Positions 10,538-20,440 of a stretch of DNA of 64,000 nucleotides are shown here, piece by piece (position 1 is the stretch's first letter; every line of letters starts with the position of its first letter). The translations under genes were made by a program, and so were the position numbers. The notes under the pieces were generated by a model. It had not been told where the DNA came from, ran no database searches, and saw nothing but the letters and a program-made list of their open reading frames with translations. This DNA comes from Thermodesulfobacteriota bacterium (GTDB lineage: Bacteria > Desulfobacterota_D > UBA1144 > Nemesobacterales > Nemesobacteraceae): positions 713,963 to 777,962 of the forward strand of contig OY763921.1 of NCBI GenBank assembly GCA_963667625.1, read 5' to 3'.

Positions 10538-11407
10538 TTAAAAAGTTTTTTCTGCGACAGTGTCTTTACTTATATACCCGAACCAGGTGAGAAGGCAGAG
10601 GGAAAGTATCAGAAGACCGATTGCGAGATGAACGGCGGTGACGTAAAAGAGAAGCTTTGAAGTTACGACCACGATTCCAAGTCCGATCTGAAGGAAAAGC
10701 AGGGCGACTGCCCGAGACATGTTTTTTCGGGCTTCCTTGAGTCTTTCTGATTTTCTGGAGAGAATCAGAACGAAAATAAATGCCACTGTGAGCAGGTAAG
10801 CGACTATCCTGTGCGTAAAGTGCGCCAGCACCTTGCCCGAGAGCTCGGGTGGAATCCAGTAGCCTAAGCATGTGGGAAAATCGGGGCAGGCAAGCCCCGC
10901 TTCCAGGTGTCTTACGTAAGCTCCCAGGGAAGCCTGGATGAATACAAGCAGAAAAAGCGCGAAGAAAAGCCCGGCCGGGCCCGAGAAACGGAAAGCGGGC
11001 TTTCTCCTTACGCCATCAAAATACACCATATAAAGGGTAATTGAAAAGATTATAATGGCGTTTGTGAAATGAATCGTCGTTAGGTCCACGGGAAGTTTGG
11101 TGAGAACCACAATTCCTCCCAGCACTATCTGAAACAGAAGAAGCAGAACTACCAAAAGCGGGAGTATTCTGTAATTTTTTTTGTACGCGCGAAATCTCCT
11201 GTAACAGAAGATGAAAAGCACTATAGACGTTATGCCGCCTATTACACGGTGGGAGAATTCGACGTATATATCCCACCTGAAAGGCGGGATCACCTCCCCG
11301 TGGCAGAGTGGCCAGTCGGGACAGGCGAGTCCGGCCTTGAGTCCCGATACAGCGTTTCCCCATATAAGAAGTATGAACAGAAGCGCTAGGGCGGTCTTTG
11401 CAAGCAT
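10538..11407 (-). CDS. ctaA: Heme A synthase (COX15/CtaA)
   Basis: Duplicated GLACPDWP / GLACPDFP, EFSHR, HFTHR. Confidence 0.9.
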   Translation of the reverse strand: MLAKTALALLFILLIWGNAVSGLKAGLACPDWPLCHGEVIPPFRWDIYVEFSHRVIGGITSIVLFIFCYRRFRAYKKNYRILPLLVVLLLLFQIVLGGIVVLTKLPVDLTTIHFTNAIIIFSITLYMVYFDGVRRKPAFRFSGPAGLFFALFLLVFIQASLGAYVRHLEAGLACPDFPTCLGYWIPPELSGKVLAHFTHRIVAYLLTVAFIFVLILSRKSERLKEARKNMSRAVALLFLQIGLGIVVVTSKLLFYVTAVHLAIGLLILSLCLLTWFGYISKDTVAEKTF

Positions 11408-11422
11408 GCCTGTTTTTTTAAA

Positions 11423-11731
11423 CTACTTTATTACCGGCACCCTTGTGAAGGTTTCCATTAGGGTGAAACCGATAAGAAGGGAAAGAAGGAATAAGGGGTA
11501 AAGAGCGTATATCCACGTGAGCTTGTCTTCAAATTTAAGATGCATGAAATAAAGGGCGACGATCGATGCTTTTATCGATGCTATTACCATGGCGACGACG
11601 ATGTTGAAGTCGCCGAAATCGAACTTCGCCACATAAACCGTAACTGCCGTTAGGACGAACAGTGCAAGACATACAGCGGTGTATACCCGAAGACCGGTGT
11701 GATGTTCCTCAGTGTGATCGTGTGTGCTCAT
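11423..11731 (-). CDS. Cytochrome c oxidase subunit IV
   Basis: LTAVTV, IKASIVALYFMHLKF; three TM segments. Confidence 0.88.
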   Translation of the reverse strand: MSTHDHTEEHHTGLRVYTAVCLALFVLTAVTVYVAKFDFGDFNIVVAMVIASIKASIVALYFMHLKFEDKLTWIYALYPLFLLSLLIGFTLMETFTRVPVIK

Positions 11732-11745
11732 TATTCTTTCTCCAT

Positions 11746-12363
11746 TTACCCGATTAGATACAATAGCGGAAACAGGTATATCCAGATCAGGTCAACCAGA
11801 TGCCAGTAAAGCCCTCCGACCTCAACCGGGGTGTATCTGTTTCCTTCTTTGAACCTTCCCTGCTTGGCCATTATTATCAGGGCGAGGATTATGCCCATTC
11901 CCAAAAACACGTGGAGCATGTGAAGTCCGGTCATCATGAAGTAAAGGGCGAAGAATATGTTCGTCTCGGGATATATATGATGATGGAACTTTGCGCTGTA
12001 CTCAAAATACTTGTTTACTCCGAAAGCCGCTCCGCATATAAAGGTTATGGCAAGCAGTATTATCAGCCATTTCCTGTTTCTTTTCTGGGAGGCCGACACG
12101 GCCAGAGCCATCGTGAAACTGCTGAATATGAGCACTATAGTGTTTATGGCGCCCAGGGTCACATCCAGTTTCTTGTGCGAGTCGTAAAAAAGATCCGGGA
12201 ACTTGGCCCTGAAAAGCGCGTACGCCGCGAAGAGTCCCCCGAAAAGAAGAATTTCCGTTCCGAGGAAAAGCCACATCCCGAATTTAGCCGCGTTGTGAGT
12301 TACGGCTTCTCCGAGCCCGTGTCCGTGCGCGTGGCTTTCGGCGTGTTCTGCTGTGCTGCTCAT
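11746..12363 (-). CDS. ctaE: Cytochrome c oxidase subunit III
   Basis: GMWLFLGTE, TGLHMLHV, GLYWHLVDLIWI. Confidence 0.95.
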   Translation of the reverse strand: MSSTAEHAESHAHGHGLGEAVTHNAAKFGMWLFLGTEILLFGGLFAAYALFRAKFPDLFYDSHKKLDVTLGAINTIVLIFSSFTMALAVSASQKRNRKWLIILLAITFICGAAFGVNKYFEYSAKFHHHIYPETNIFFALYFMMTGLHMLHVFLGMGIILALIIMAKQGRFKEGNRYTPVEVGGLYWHLVDLIWIYLFPLLYLIG

Positions 12364-12384
12364 TTTTTTACGTTAGCCTCCGAT

Positions 12385-13989
12385 CTATTTTTTCCCGTAA
12401 GCGTAAGTCCAGTCAGTTACAGTCGGTATTTCGTCAAAATTCTCATGTGGGGGCGGGGAAGGAACCTGCCACTCAAGAGAGAGAGAGCCGTAGGGATTTG
12501 ACGATTCGGGCCGTCCTTTTTTCCACAGCGGTATAAGCAGGTTCACGGTCATTATTAAAATTCCGAGCCCGAGTATCCATGATCCGTAGGTCGAAAGAGC
12601 ATGATAGGATATGTACTCTTCGGGGTAGGTCGCATACCTTCTTGGCATTCCTTGGAAACCCATGAAAAACTGTGGGAAGAACGTTACGTTGAATCCTACG
12701 AAAATCAGGAACCACGCGATTTTCGCGATCAGTTCATTAAATACCTTCCCGAACCATTTCTGGTACCAGAAGTGAAGGGCGCCGAAAAATCCCATCACGG
12801 TTCCTCCTATCATGACGTAGTGCATGTGAGCTACTATGAAATACGTGTCGTGGAGGTGCACGTCAACGGCCAAGGCTCCCAGATAAACCCCGGTCAATCC
12901 CCCAACCGTGAAAAGAACTATGAATGACAGCGCGTATAACATGGATGAATGAAAGTCTATTGATCCCTTGTACAGAGTTGCGGTCCAGTTAAACACCTTT
13001 ACGGCCGTCGGGATGGCGACAAGCATGGTCAGAAATGAGAATATCGCCGCCGCCGTTTCCGATATGCCGCTTACGAACATGTGGTGCAACCAGACGAAGA
13101 AGCTTATTATCGCAATTGCGAAGCTTGAATACGCGATTGCCTTGTATCCAAAGATGGGTTTTCTTGCGAAGACGGGGATTATCTCGGAAATAATCCCGAA
13201 GGCGGGAATAACCATTATGTAGACGGCGGGATGGGAGTAGAACCAGAAGAAGTTCTGGAATAGTATTGGATCCCCTCCCTTGGCCGGATCAAAAAAGCCT
13301 ATGTCAAATGCTCTCTCCGCTATCAGCAGAAGAAGCGTGATTCCCACAACCGGCGTTGCGAGCAACTGCAGTACCGCGGTCGCGTAAGATGCCCATATGA
13401 AAAGCGGCAGTCTTGACCACGTCATTCCAGGTGCCCGAAGCTTGTGGATGGTCACTATGAAGTTCATTCCGGTGAGAATCGATGAGAATCCGAGGACGAA
13501 GACTCCCAAGGTTATCATTATTACCTTGGTGCCTGTCTGAATGCTGTAAGGAGTGTAGAACGTCCAACCCGTGTCAGCCGGCTGCGCAAGTGCGGAAAGC
13601 AGTATTGCGGTTCCGACAAGATATATCCAGAAACTCAGCAGGTTGATTCTGGGAAACGCCACATCTCTAGCTCCGATCATAAGCGGTATCAGAAAATTGC
13701 CGAAGCTCGCCGCGATTCCCGGGACGATGAAGAAGAAAACCATCAGGGAACCGTGGAGAGTAAACGCTATGTTGTACTCTGTTGCGGTTCTGAAGAAGTC
13801 GAGCTCAGGAGTCATAAGCTCGTATCTCATTCCCAGAGCCGTCAGGCCGGCGATCATGAAGAAAAATGAGATCGTAATGAGATAAAGGATCCCGATGCGC
13901 TTGTGATCCGTTGTCAAAATCCACGACTTTAAACCTTTCTGGGCTAAATACGGTATATACTGGGTTTGCGTCATGACTCCGTTTGCCAT
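12385..13989 (-). CDS. ctaD: Cytochrome c oxidase subunit I, type A2
   Basis: DHKRIG, GWTFY, FWFYSHPAVY (YS motif of A2), WLHHMF, AHMHYV. Confidence 0.97.
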   Translation of the reverse strand: MANGVMTQTQYIPYLAQKGLKSWILTTDHKRIGILYLITISFFFMIAGLTALGMRYELMTPELDFFRTATEYNIAFTLHGSLMVFFFIVPGIAASFGNFLIPLMIGARDVAFPRINLLSFWIYLVGTAILLSALAQPADTGWTFYTPYSIQTGTKVIMITLGVFVLGFSSILTGMNFIVTIHKLRAPGMTWSRLPLFIWASYATAVLQLLATPVVGITLLLLIAERAFDIGFFDPAKGGDPILFQNFFWFYSHPAVYIMVIPAFGIISEIIPVFARKPIFGYKAIAYSSFAIAIISFFVWLHHMFVSGISETAAAIFSFLTMLVAIPTAVKVFNWTATLYKGSIDFHSSMLYALSFIVLFTVGGLTGVYLGALAVDVHLHDTYFIVAHMHYVMIGGTVMGFFGALHFWYQKWFGKVFNELIAKIAWFLIFVGFNVTFFPQFFMGFQGMPRRYATYPEEYISYHALSTYGSWILGLGILIMTVNLLIPLWKKGRPESSNPYGSLSLEWQVPSPPPHENFDEIPTVTDWTYAYGKK

Positions 13990-14008
13990 CTTTTTCTCCT
14001 TGATATTG

Positions 14009-14956
14009 CTACTTCAACGTCTTTATATACTCGACAAGAGCGGTTACTTCATCCTCAGATAATATACCTTTGAACGAAGGCATCGTTGGCGGGTAGCCCT
14101 CTACCATTTTTGCCTGGGGTTCGTAAATTGATTCCCTGATATAGTTCTCGTCCACAAGGACCGAGGAACCGTCTGCAAGTTTTTCTGTTTTCCCGTAAAG
14201 ATTTTTGAAGGTCGGCCCTATGACTTCCTTGCCGTCTATGCTGTGGCATGCAAGGCACCCCCTCTGGGAATGCAGTTCTTTTCCTCTCTCCGCCGGGGAT
14301 ACGCTGATCGCCGCCACGGAGGCTCCGTCTTCAAGTTCATCTCCTTTTTCCCACCTTGTGAATGCCTCTGGACTCAGGACGTTTACCTTGGCAAGCATTT
14401 GCGAGTGCCCGGAACCGCAGTATTCCGCGCACAGAAGGTCAAAGGTCCCGACCTTGGTAGGGGTGAACCAAAGCTGCTGGTAACTGCCCGGAAGAATATC
14501 CTGTTTTACCCGGAACTGCGGAACGAAAAAGCTGTGAATAACATCATCTGATCTCATTATGAGCCTTACGGGCTTGTTCTGCTGTACGAACAGTTCGTTC
14601 AGCGATTTTTTCCCGGTGAAATACTCAAATTCCCAAAGCCACTGTTTCGCTATGACGTTGACTTCGATCGCTTCTGCGGGCGGGTTGCGAAGTTCCTTGA
14701 AAGCTATCCACCCCCACGCGAAGATGACCATAAGCAGTATGGTCGGGATTATTGTCCAGATGGTCTCAATGACTGAATTATGAGTTATGTAGGCGGTTTC
14801 CTGATCCTCGCTTTTTCTCCTGTACTTGATTGAGAAGCCTACGAGTACGGCCGAAATCAGTACGAAGAAAAATACTGATACGATCGTTACGAACAGGGTT
14901 ATGTTATCAACGCTTGCGGCGAGATTAGAAGCCGATTCCGGTATCCATGTGGACAT
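14009..14956 (-). CDS. ctaC: Cytochrome c oxidase subunit II with fused cytochrome c (caa3 type)
   Basis: DVIHSF, CuA motif CAEYCGSGHSQM, C-terminal CLACH. Confidence 0.95.
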   Translation of the reverse strand: MSTWIPESASNLAASVDNITLFVTIVSVFFFVLISAVLVGFSIKYRRKSEDQETAYITHNSVIETIWTIIPTILLMVIFAWGWIAFKELRNPPAEAIEVNVIAKQWLWEFEYFTGKKSLNELFVQQNKPVRLIMRSDDVIHSFFVPQFRVKQDILPGSYQQLWFTPTKVGTFDLLCAEYCGSGHSQMLAKVNVLSPEAFTRWEKGDELEDGASVAAISVSPAERGKELHSQRGCLACHSIDGKEVIGPTFKNLYGKTEKLADGSSVLVDENYIRESIYEPQAKMVEGYPPTMPSFKGILSEDEVTALVEYIKTLK

Positions 14957-14981
14957 TTATGATTTACAACCTCCGCAACAA

Positions 14982-15890
14982 TTAATGGATTTTCTTTTCT
15001 CTTCTCCACATCAGGCAGAGAAACGTTACGAGAACCGCTAGAGTTACCATTCCTCCCGCCTTGACTACGTTAAGGGCCGCGAGTGCGTACCTTTTTCCGA
15101 CCGGGTCAAACTGATAACAGAACATAAGTACTTTATTAATTAGTTTCGAGGAACCTATCTTCCCTTCCGAAGCTTCTATTAGTGATAACTTGAAGTTACG
15201 GGGATCATGCTGAACTCCGTAGAGGTATCGCGAGATTACCCCATCCGGCGTGAGTATGATTATTCCCGAGGGATGAGCGAACTCCTCGCCGTCTTTTTTA
15301 AAGCGGAATCCTACCGAATCGGTAAGCCTCAGTATGTTCTCCTCCGTTGCCGTGAGAAAGTGCCAGTCTGCGGCTTCCGCCGCTCCGCCTGCAAGCGCTT
15401 TTCTGTATCTTGCGGCTTTCTCGCCGATTACATCGGGGGATTCTTCAGGGTCAAAACTCACAGTCACTACAGTGTAGTCCTCGCCTGGCCTGAAGGTATC
15501 CATCTGGTTTATCACTTCCACAACTCCGTCCGTCGCAAGAAGGCAGAGCCTTGGGCATGTGAAGTAGGCAAGACTGAGGAGCACCGGTTTTTTCTGCCCG
15601 AAAAAGGAAGACATGCTAACCGTCTCTCCGTTTTCTCCGCGAAATTCGGTGTCGAGATCGATGGCGGAAGAGAGTTTCTCGTCAAAGCCGATTTCTTCTA
15701 CGTCGGCTACGTTAGAAAGTGCTTGAGCGTCCGATATGAATAGAGCCGGAAGCGTGCTTGAGATATACATAACACTTAGAAAAATGAAGAACCTCCGCAT
15801 GAAAGGAGCCGATTTCTGGCTGTTTTTTAATTGAAAATAATTGTTTGGAGGCCTCGCAGAGAGAAGAGTTCTTTCCTTCCCACGCCTCAA
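14982..15890 (-). CDS. SCO family copper chaperone (true start probably near 15800)
   Basis: YFTCPRLC CxxxC motif, FAHPS, GVISRYLYG. Confidence 0.9.
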   Translation of the reverse strand: MRRGKERTLLSARPPNNYFQLKNSQKSAPFMRRFFIFLSVMYISSTLPALFISDAQALSNVADVEEIGFDEKLSSAIDLDTEFRGENGETVSMSSFFGQKKPVLLSLAYFTCPRLCLLATDGVVEVINQMDTFRPGEDYTVVTVSFDPEESPDVIGEKAARYRKALAGGAAEAADWHFLTATEENILRLTDSVGFRFKKDGEEFAHPSGIIILTPDGVISRYLYGVQHDPRNFKLSLIEASEGKIGSSKLINKVLMFCYQFDPVGKRYALAALNVVKAGGMVTLAVLVTFLCLMWRREKKIH

Positions 15891-15970
15891 ATAGGCGTAG
15901 ATTCTATCTGATGTTAATTCCCTGTCAAGAATTCGTTTTTTTTACGCTTATTTGGGTTTTCGGACTCTGT

Positions 15971-17086
15971 TTATTTTTTTCTCAGGCAAAGAACTATACC
16001 GATTCCGATAAAGGCTGTAAGAATTGACGAACCGCCGTAACTGATGAAGAAAAGAGGAGTGCCGATGATCGGCAGAAGTCCCGTTACCATGGCGATATTT
16101 ATCACGCCGTGCCAGAAGAACATGGCTGCGATTCCAAAGCATGCAATCGTCGCGAAGCGATCTTCTAGGGATGTTGCGATATTGAGAATAAAAAGAATTA
16201 TCGAGAAATACAGAAGAAGAATAAATACTGAACCCCGAAACCCCCACTCCTCGGAAATCACCGAAAATGCGAAATCCGTATGGTGTGCGGGAAGAAAATT
16301 CAAGTTGGACTGCGAACCCAGAGAAAAGCCTTTTCCGAAACCCATGCCGGAACCTATCGCAATCTGGGACTGAATCGAGTTGTAGCTTATACCAAAAGGG
16401 TCAGAGGAAGTGTCCATAAAGGAATATATCCTTTCCTTCTGGTAGTCCTTTATCAGAAAATGCCAGACCGGCACTATGGATATCAGCGCTATGATTATTA
16501 TTTGAAGCACTGCTTTTCTGCTGATTCCCAAGAGCAGAATGACACTTGAACCTATAAGAAGAATAGTAATCGCGGTTCCCATGTCGGGCTGAGCAATTAC
16601 TGCTGCAGTAGGAACAAGCAGAAGAGCTATAGGCTTGAGAAGTTCCACTGAATTGTAATTTTCTTTGGTGGCCACCTCGTTTGCGTAGTAATTAGCGAGG
16701 ACCATTATTATTCCGATTTTAATAAATTCGGAAGGCTGAACAGAGACCGGACCTATCTGGAACCAGCTTCTGGACCCCGATACCGTTTTTCCGAATACGA
16801 AAATCAACGCCAGCAGCGCGAGGAAAAACAGGTAGAAAGTAAGTGAGTGGTTTCTCAGCGTCAGAGGTCTTAAACGACTAATAATCGCCACAGTCAAAAG
16901 TCCCGCGAGGACCCATATGAGTTGTTTTTTAAATGCACCCAAGCCGGCCAGCAGAGAGATGCTGTAGAGATTCATAAGCCCTGCTGAGCAAAGCAAAGCG
17001 GTCAGCAACAACAGCCAGGAGTATTTACTCAGATTTGGCAACTCGAGCTTCACCTCGTTCCTTTTTGAGTTTGAAATAGGTTTCAA
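15971..17086 (-). CDS. rodA: Rod shape-determining protein RodA (start uncertain)
   Basis: VQPSEFIK, QPDMGT, SQIAIGSG, HTDFAF, ISYGGSS; follows mrdA. Confidence 0.93.
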   Translation of the reverse strand: MKPISNSKRNEVKLELPNLSKYSWLLLLTALLCSAGLMNLYSISLLAGLGAFKKQLIWVLAGLLTVAIISRLRPLTLRNHSLTFYLFFLALLALIFVFGKTVSGSRSWFQIGPVSVQPSEFIKIGIIMVLANYYANEVATKENYNSVELLKPIALLLVPTAAVIAQPDMGTAITILLIGSSVILLLGISRKAVLQIIIIALISIVPVWHFLIKDYQKERIYSFMDTSSDPFGISYNSIQSQIAIGSGMGFGKGFSLGSQSNLNFLPAHHTDFAFSVISEEWGFRGSVFILLLYFSIILFILNIATSLEDRFATIACFGIAAMFFWHGVINIAMVTGLLPIIGTPLFFISYGGSSILTAFIGIGIVLCLRKK

Positions 17087-18830
17087 TGATTTCTTTTGCT
17101 ATCGGGGCTGCAGCCACGCTTCCACTTCCCCCGTTTTCAACGAGGACGGTTACGGATATTTCCGCCGAATCCGATGGTGCGTAGGATGTGAACCATGCGT
17201 GGTCTTGGAACTGTTTTTTGGTCGACTCGAACTTTGCCGATACGACTTGGGCCGTACCTGTCTTACCCGAGACGGACGTGATTTTTGATCTTGCGTAAAT
17301 TCCGGTACCCCGTTGTTCGTTTACGGCACCGTAAAGTGCTTTTTTGAGAAAAGATACTGACTTTGCGTCAAGGCGCTGAGCCGCCCCGGTTATCTGTGGT
17401 GGTTTTTTTTCATCCGTTTTTCTTATCTTCGGTTTGACTATAATGCCTCCGTTTGCTATTGCTGAAGTCATAACACTTATCTGAAGAGGAGTTGTGGTAA
17501 CGTATCCCTGACCTATTGCCAGGATTGCAGTTTCGCCTGGGTACCAAGGTTCTTTCAGGTGCTTTCTTTTCCATGTCTTCGATGGGCTCACTCCGCGTTT
17601 CTCGGGCAGTGCTATGCCGGTTCTTTCTCCAAGTCCGAATTTCTTCAGGTACGGGTAAAGACCGTCAACACCAAGCTTCAGGGAAAGTTTGTAGAAGTAT
17701 ACGTCACACGATTCGACAATCGCCCTGTAGAGGTTCATATGCCCATGGCCTTCTTTGCGCCAGCAGTTAAAACGTTTCTTGTTTATCAAATGATAACCCG
17801 GGCAGTATACGGACAACTCCGGATCAGCAGTTTTTTCCTCTAGCAACGCAAAGGCCGTAATTATTTTGAGGACTGACCCGGGCGGATAGGTTCCTTGGGT
17901 TGAGCGGTTTAGAAGGGAAAAAGATTTTTTCTTTTTTATTTTTTGCTCAGAAGAAAGCCCCTTCGAGATTTGCTCGGGACGATAGGATGGACGACTTACC
18001 ATTGCCAGAATTTCTCCGCTTCTTACGTCCATTGCGACTATGGCCCCTTTCTCCTTACCCAAAGCGTCATAGGCGACCTTCTGCAGCTGTGCGTCAATGG
18101 TGAGGTGTATATCTTCTCCCTGAACCATTTCCCTTTCCCTGCTCTTTCGGGTTGGCAATAGTGCGGCAACAGAATCTGAGATCACCTTTCCGTGCGCGTT
18201 TATCATGACGTATTCAAGACTGTTTGTTCCTCTGAGTTCGCTGTCAAAGACCTTTTCAATTCCCATTTTCCCGAGTTCGTTCCCCGTCTTGATCCGACCG
18301 TAGGTTCTTACCTCCTGTGCGTTGGCGATTCCCGTGTATCCCAGAAGCACGGCGGCTGCCTCTCCATGCGGATAGAATCTCTTGTGCCCCACTTCAAGAA
18401 ACATGCCCTCTAGCTCTTCCTTGTTTTTTTCGACCAGAAGGAGCTCTTCCCTGCTTATGTCCTTGGCGATTGTAACGGGATAGAAACTTTTGAGGTTTGC
18501 TATTTTTCGAAGTTTTTTCAGAAGTTCTTCCTCCGGAGCGTTTATTATTTCCGCAAGTTTTTCCGCGAGCTCCTCGACATCTGTTATTTCTCTCGGAAAT
18601 ATTCGTATGTTAAAAGACGGTTTGTTATAGAGAATTTTTTCGCCGTTTCTATCGAAAACGCGTCCTCTGGGCGCAGGAAGTTCAAGCGCCCTCAGGATAT
18701 TTCTTTCCGAAAAATTTCTGTACTCCTCCCCCTTGTATACCTGGAGGTAAAACAACCTCGCCGAGAAGACGACAAAAAACAGCACAATTAGGGAGGAGGC
18801 TATTGTGAATCTATGTTTTAGGAATCCCAT
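17025..18830 (-). CDS. mrdA: Penicillin-binding protein 2
   Basis: APRGRVFDRNG, YPPGSVLK (SxxK), SCDVYFY, GKTGTAQ. Confidence 0.95.
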   Translation of the reverse strand: MGFLKHRFTIASSLIVLFFVVFSARLFYLQVYKGEEYRNFSERNILRALELPAPRGRVFDRNGEKILYNKPSFNIRIFPREITDVEELAEKLAEIINAPEEELLKKLRKIANLKSFYPVTIAKDISREELLLVEKNKEELEGMFLEVGHKRFYPHGEAAAVLLGYTGIANAQEVRTYGRIKTGNELGKMGIEKVFDSELRGTNSLEYVMINAHGKVISDSVAALLPTRKSREREMVQGEDIHLTIDAQLQKVAYDALGKEKGAIVAMDVRSGEILAMVSRPSYRPEQISKGLSSEQKIKKKKSFSLLNRSTQGTYPPGSVLKIITAFALLEEKTADPELSVYCPGYHLINKKRFNCWRKEGHGHMNLYRAIVESCDVYFYKLSLKLGVDGLYPYLKKFGLGERTGIALPEKRGVSPSKTWKRKHLKEPWYPGETAILAIGQGYVTTTPLQISVMTSAIANGGIIVKPKIRKTDEKKPPQITGAAQRLDAKSVSFLKKALYGAVNEQRGTGIYARSKITSVSGKTGTAQVVSAKFESTKKQFQDHAWFTSYAPSDSAEISVTVLVENGGSGSVAAAPIAKEIIETYFKLKKERGEARVAKSE

Positions 18831-19317
18831 CCAGTTTCCTCAGAAGCATTATTATCGGAACGCCGACCACTGTATTAATGATAGCTTGATAAAAAGCTAG
18901 CTCAACACTGAGAAATGCCGCCTGTCCGCTATCTTGTTTAACCAGAAGCAATATCAGTAGCAGCAAGTGCATGAGCAGGGTTCCTATAAAAAGTGCCAGA
19001 GGTAGCAAAAGGGGGTTGTTGCGGTTGTAATTAAGATTGTGCATGCTCACTCGCAGAGTAAGAAACACGGCGAATCTTGTGACCGTATGGAGCCCCAAAG
19101 TTCCGGTCGAAAAAACATCCATTAAAAACCCGTTCAGCATGGCAAGTGTGAACAGATAAGGTATTTCGGTCCTGATTGCCAGGCAGATTATTAAGATCAG
19201 ATTGAAATCAGGGGTGAACTTGCCCAGAGAAGATGTCGGGATTACTGACGTCTGGATAATGATGAAAAGAAAAGAGCAGAATAGATAGAAAAGAAAAGAG
19301 AAGTTTTTTCTCATCAT
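18811..19317 (-). CDS. mreD: Rod shape-determining protein MreD
   Basis: Hydrophobic, PDFNL...GFLMDVFS...G; between mreC and mrdA. Confidence 0.8.
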   Translation of the reverse strand: MMRKNFSFLFYLFCSFLFIIIQTSVIPTSSLGKFTPDFNLILIICLAIRTEIPYLFTLAMLNGFLMDVFSTGTLGLHTVTRFAVFLTLRVSMHNLNYNRNNPLLLPLALFIGTLLMHLLLLILLLVKQDSGQAAFLSVELAFYQAIINTVVGVPIIMLLRKLDGIPKT

Positions 19318-19344
19318 ATTCCAACTGGATTCAGTTGGAGAGAG

Positions 19345-20151
19345 CTAATTAAGATGTATGAGCACCTCTTCAACCCTGCTCACATCGATTACCGGTTTTA
19401 TGATGGCCTTTTGAAGTCCTTTGTCCGGCTCGATTCTCGTTACGGTTCCTATAACAATATTTTTTGGGAAAACATTGTCTTTTCCGGATGATATGATCTT
19501 GTCTCCAACTATAATATCGTCTTCTTGCTCAAGGTACTTCATAACGTAATGGTTTCCCGCTCCAGCAACTATGCCTCGTGCGCGACTCCTTTGTACAATT
19601 GCATCTGCTACGCTTGAGGGATTCGTCATTAGCATTACCATGGAGGTTTTTTCACTTACCGAGTGTACGGTCCCTATAGCCCTGACGTTATTAAGCACCG
19701 GGGATCCCTCACTTATCCCGGAAGACGATCCTTTGTCTATTATAAGGAAGCCAGGCCCCACCAGCGAAGGGCTGCTCCCTATGACCTTTGCTCCCACCAC
19801 TTCTCCCTCAAAGGAGCTTCTATAGTTAAGAAGACTTCTTAATCTTTCATTCTCAAGCCTTATTTCCGTTAGCATCAGCTCTTGTGCTTCCATTTCCTGT
19901 AGCTGCGTCCTCAGGTGGGAATTTTCAATACTTGTATCGACGAGGTCAATATAATGGTCCCAGTAGTATCTTACGCCATCTTTGACGTGGTTTGCGAAAG
20001 CACCGGAGCCGTAGTTAACGCTAAGCATCAACTTTGTTGTGTAATTATTTTCTTTCTTTGCCAGATCAAAAGTGACGGGCAACAGATGAATTAGAGCAAT
20101 TATGAGGATAAAGGACAGAAATAGCTGATTTTTGCTAAAGAACTTCTTCAT
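19345..20151 (-). CDS. mreC: Rod shape-determining protein MreC
   Basis: Coiled coil ENERLRSLL, IIDKGSSSGI, GDKIISSG...FPKNIVIG. Confidence 0.92.
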   Translation of the reverse strand: MKKFFSKNQLFLSFILIIALIHLLPVTFDLAKKENNYTTKLMLSVNYGSGAFANHVKDGVRYYWDHYIDLVDTSIENSHLRTQLQEMEAQELMLTEIRLENERLRSLLNYRSSFEGEVVGAKVIGSSPSLVGPGFLIIDKGSSSGISEGSPVLNNVRAIGTVHSVSEKTSMVMLMTNPSSVADAIVQRSRARGIVAGAGNHYVMKYLEQEDDIIVGDKIISSGKDNVFPKNIVIGTVTRIEPDKGLQKAIIKPVIDVSRVEEVLIHLN

Positions 20152-20440
20152 TAAGTTTCCCTTCCGGTCGGAAATACTTAATTACGATTCCCACAAGTGG
20201 TGGGAAAATCATCGCCCACGTTATGACAGCCATTGCAAGAAATTACGAGATACTAAAACAAAAAACCGTTGTTAAGTTACTGTAACACAAAACAATTCAG
20301 GTTTCAAGGAAAAATCAAGGAGCAATTCGTCTTGAAGCCGGATTGTGAAAGCAGACGCAAAATCAAGACTGAACTCGGCGCTTGCGACTCAATAATCGAG
20401 ACATTATGGAATCTGCCTGATATCACTGGTTTTCAATGAT

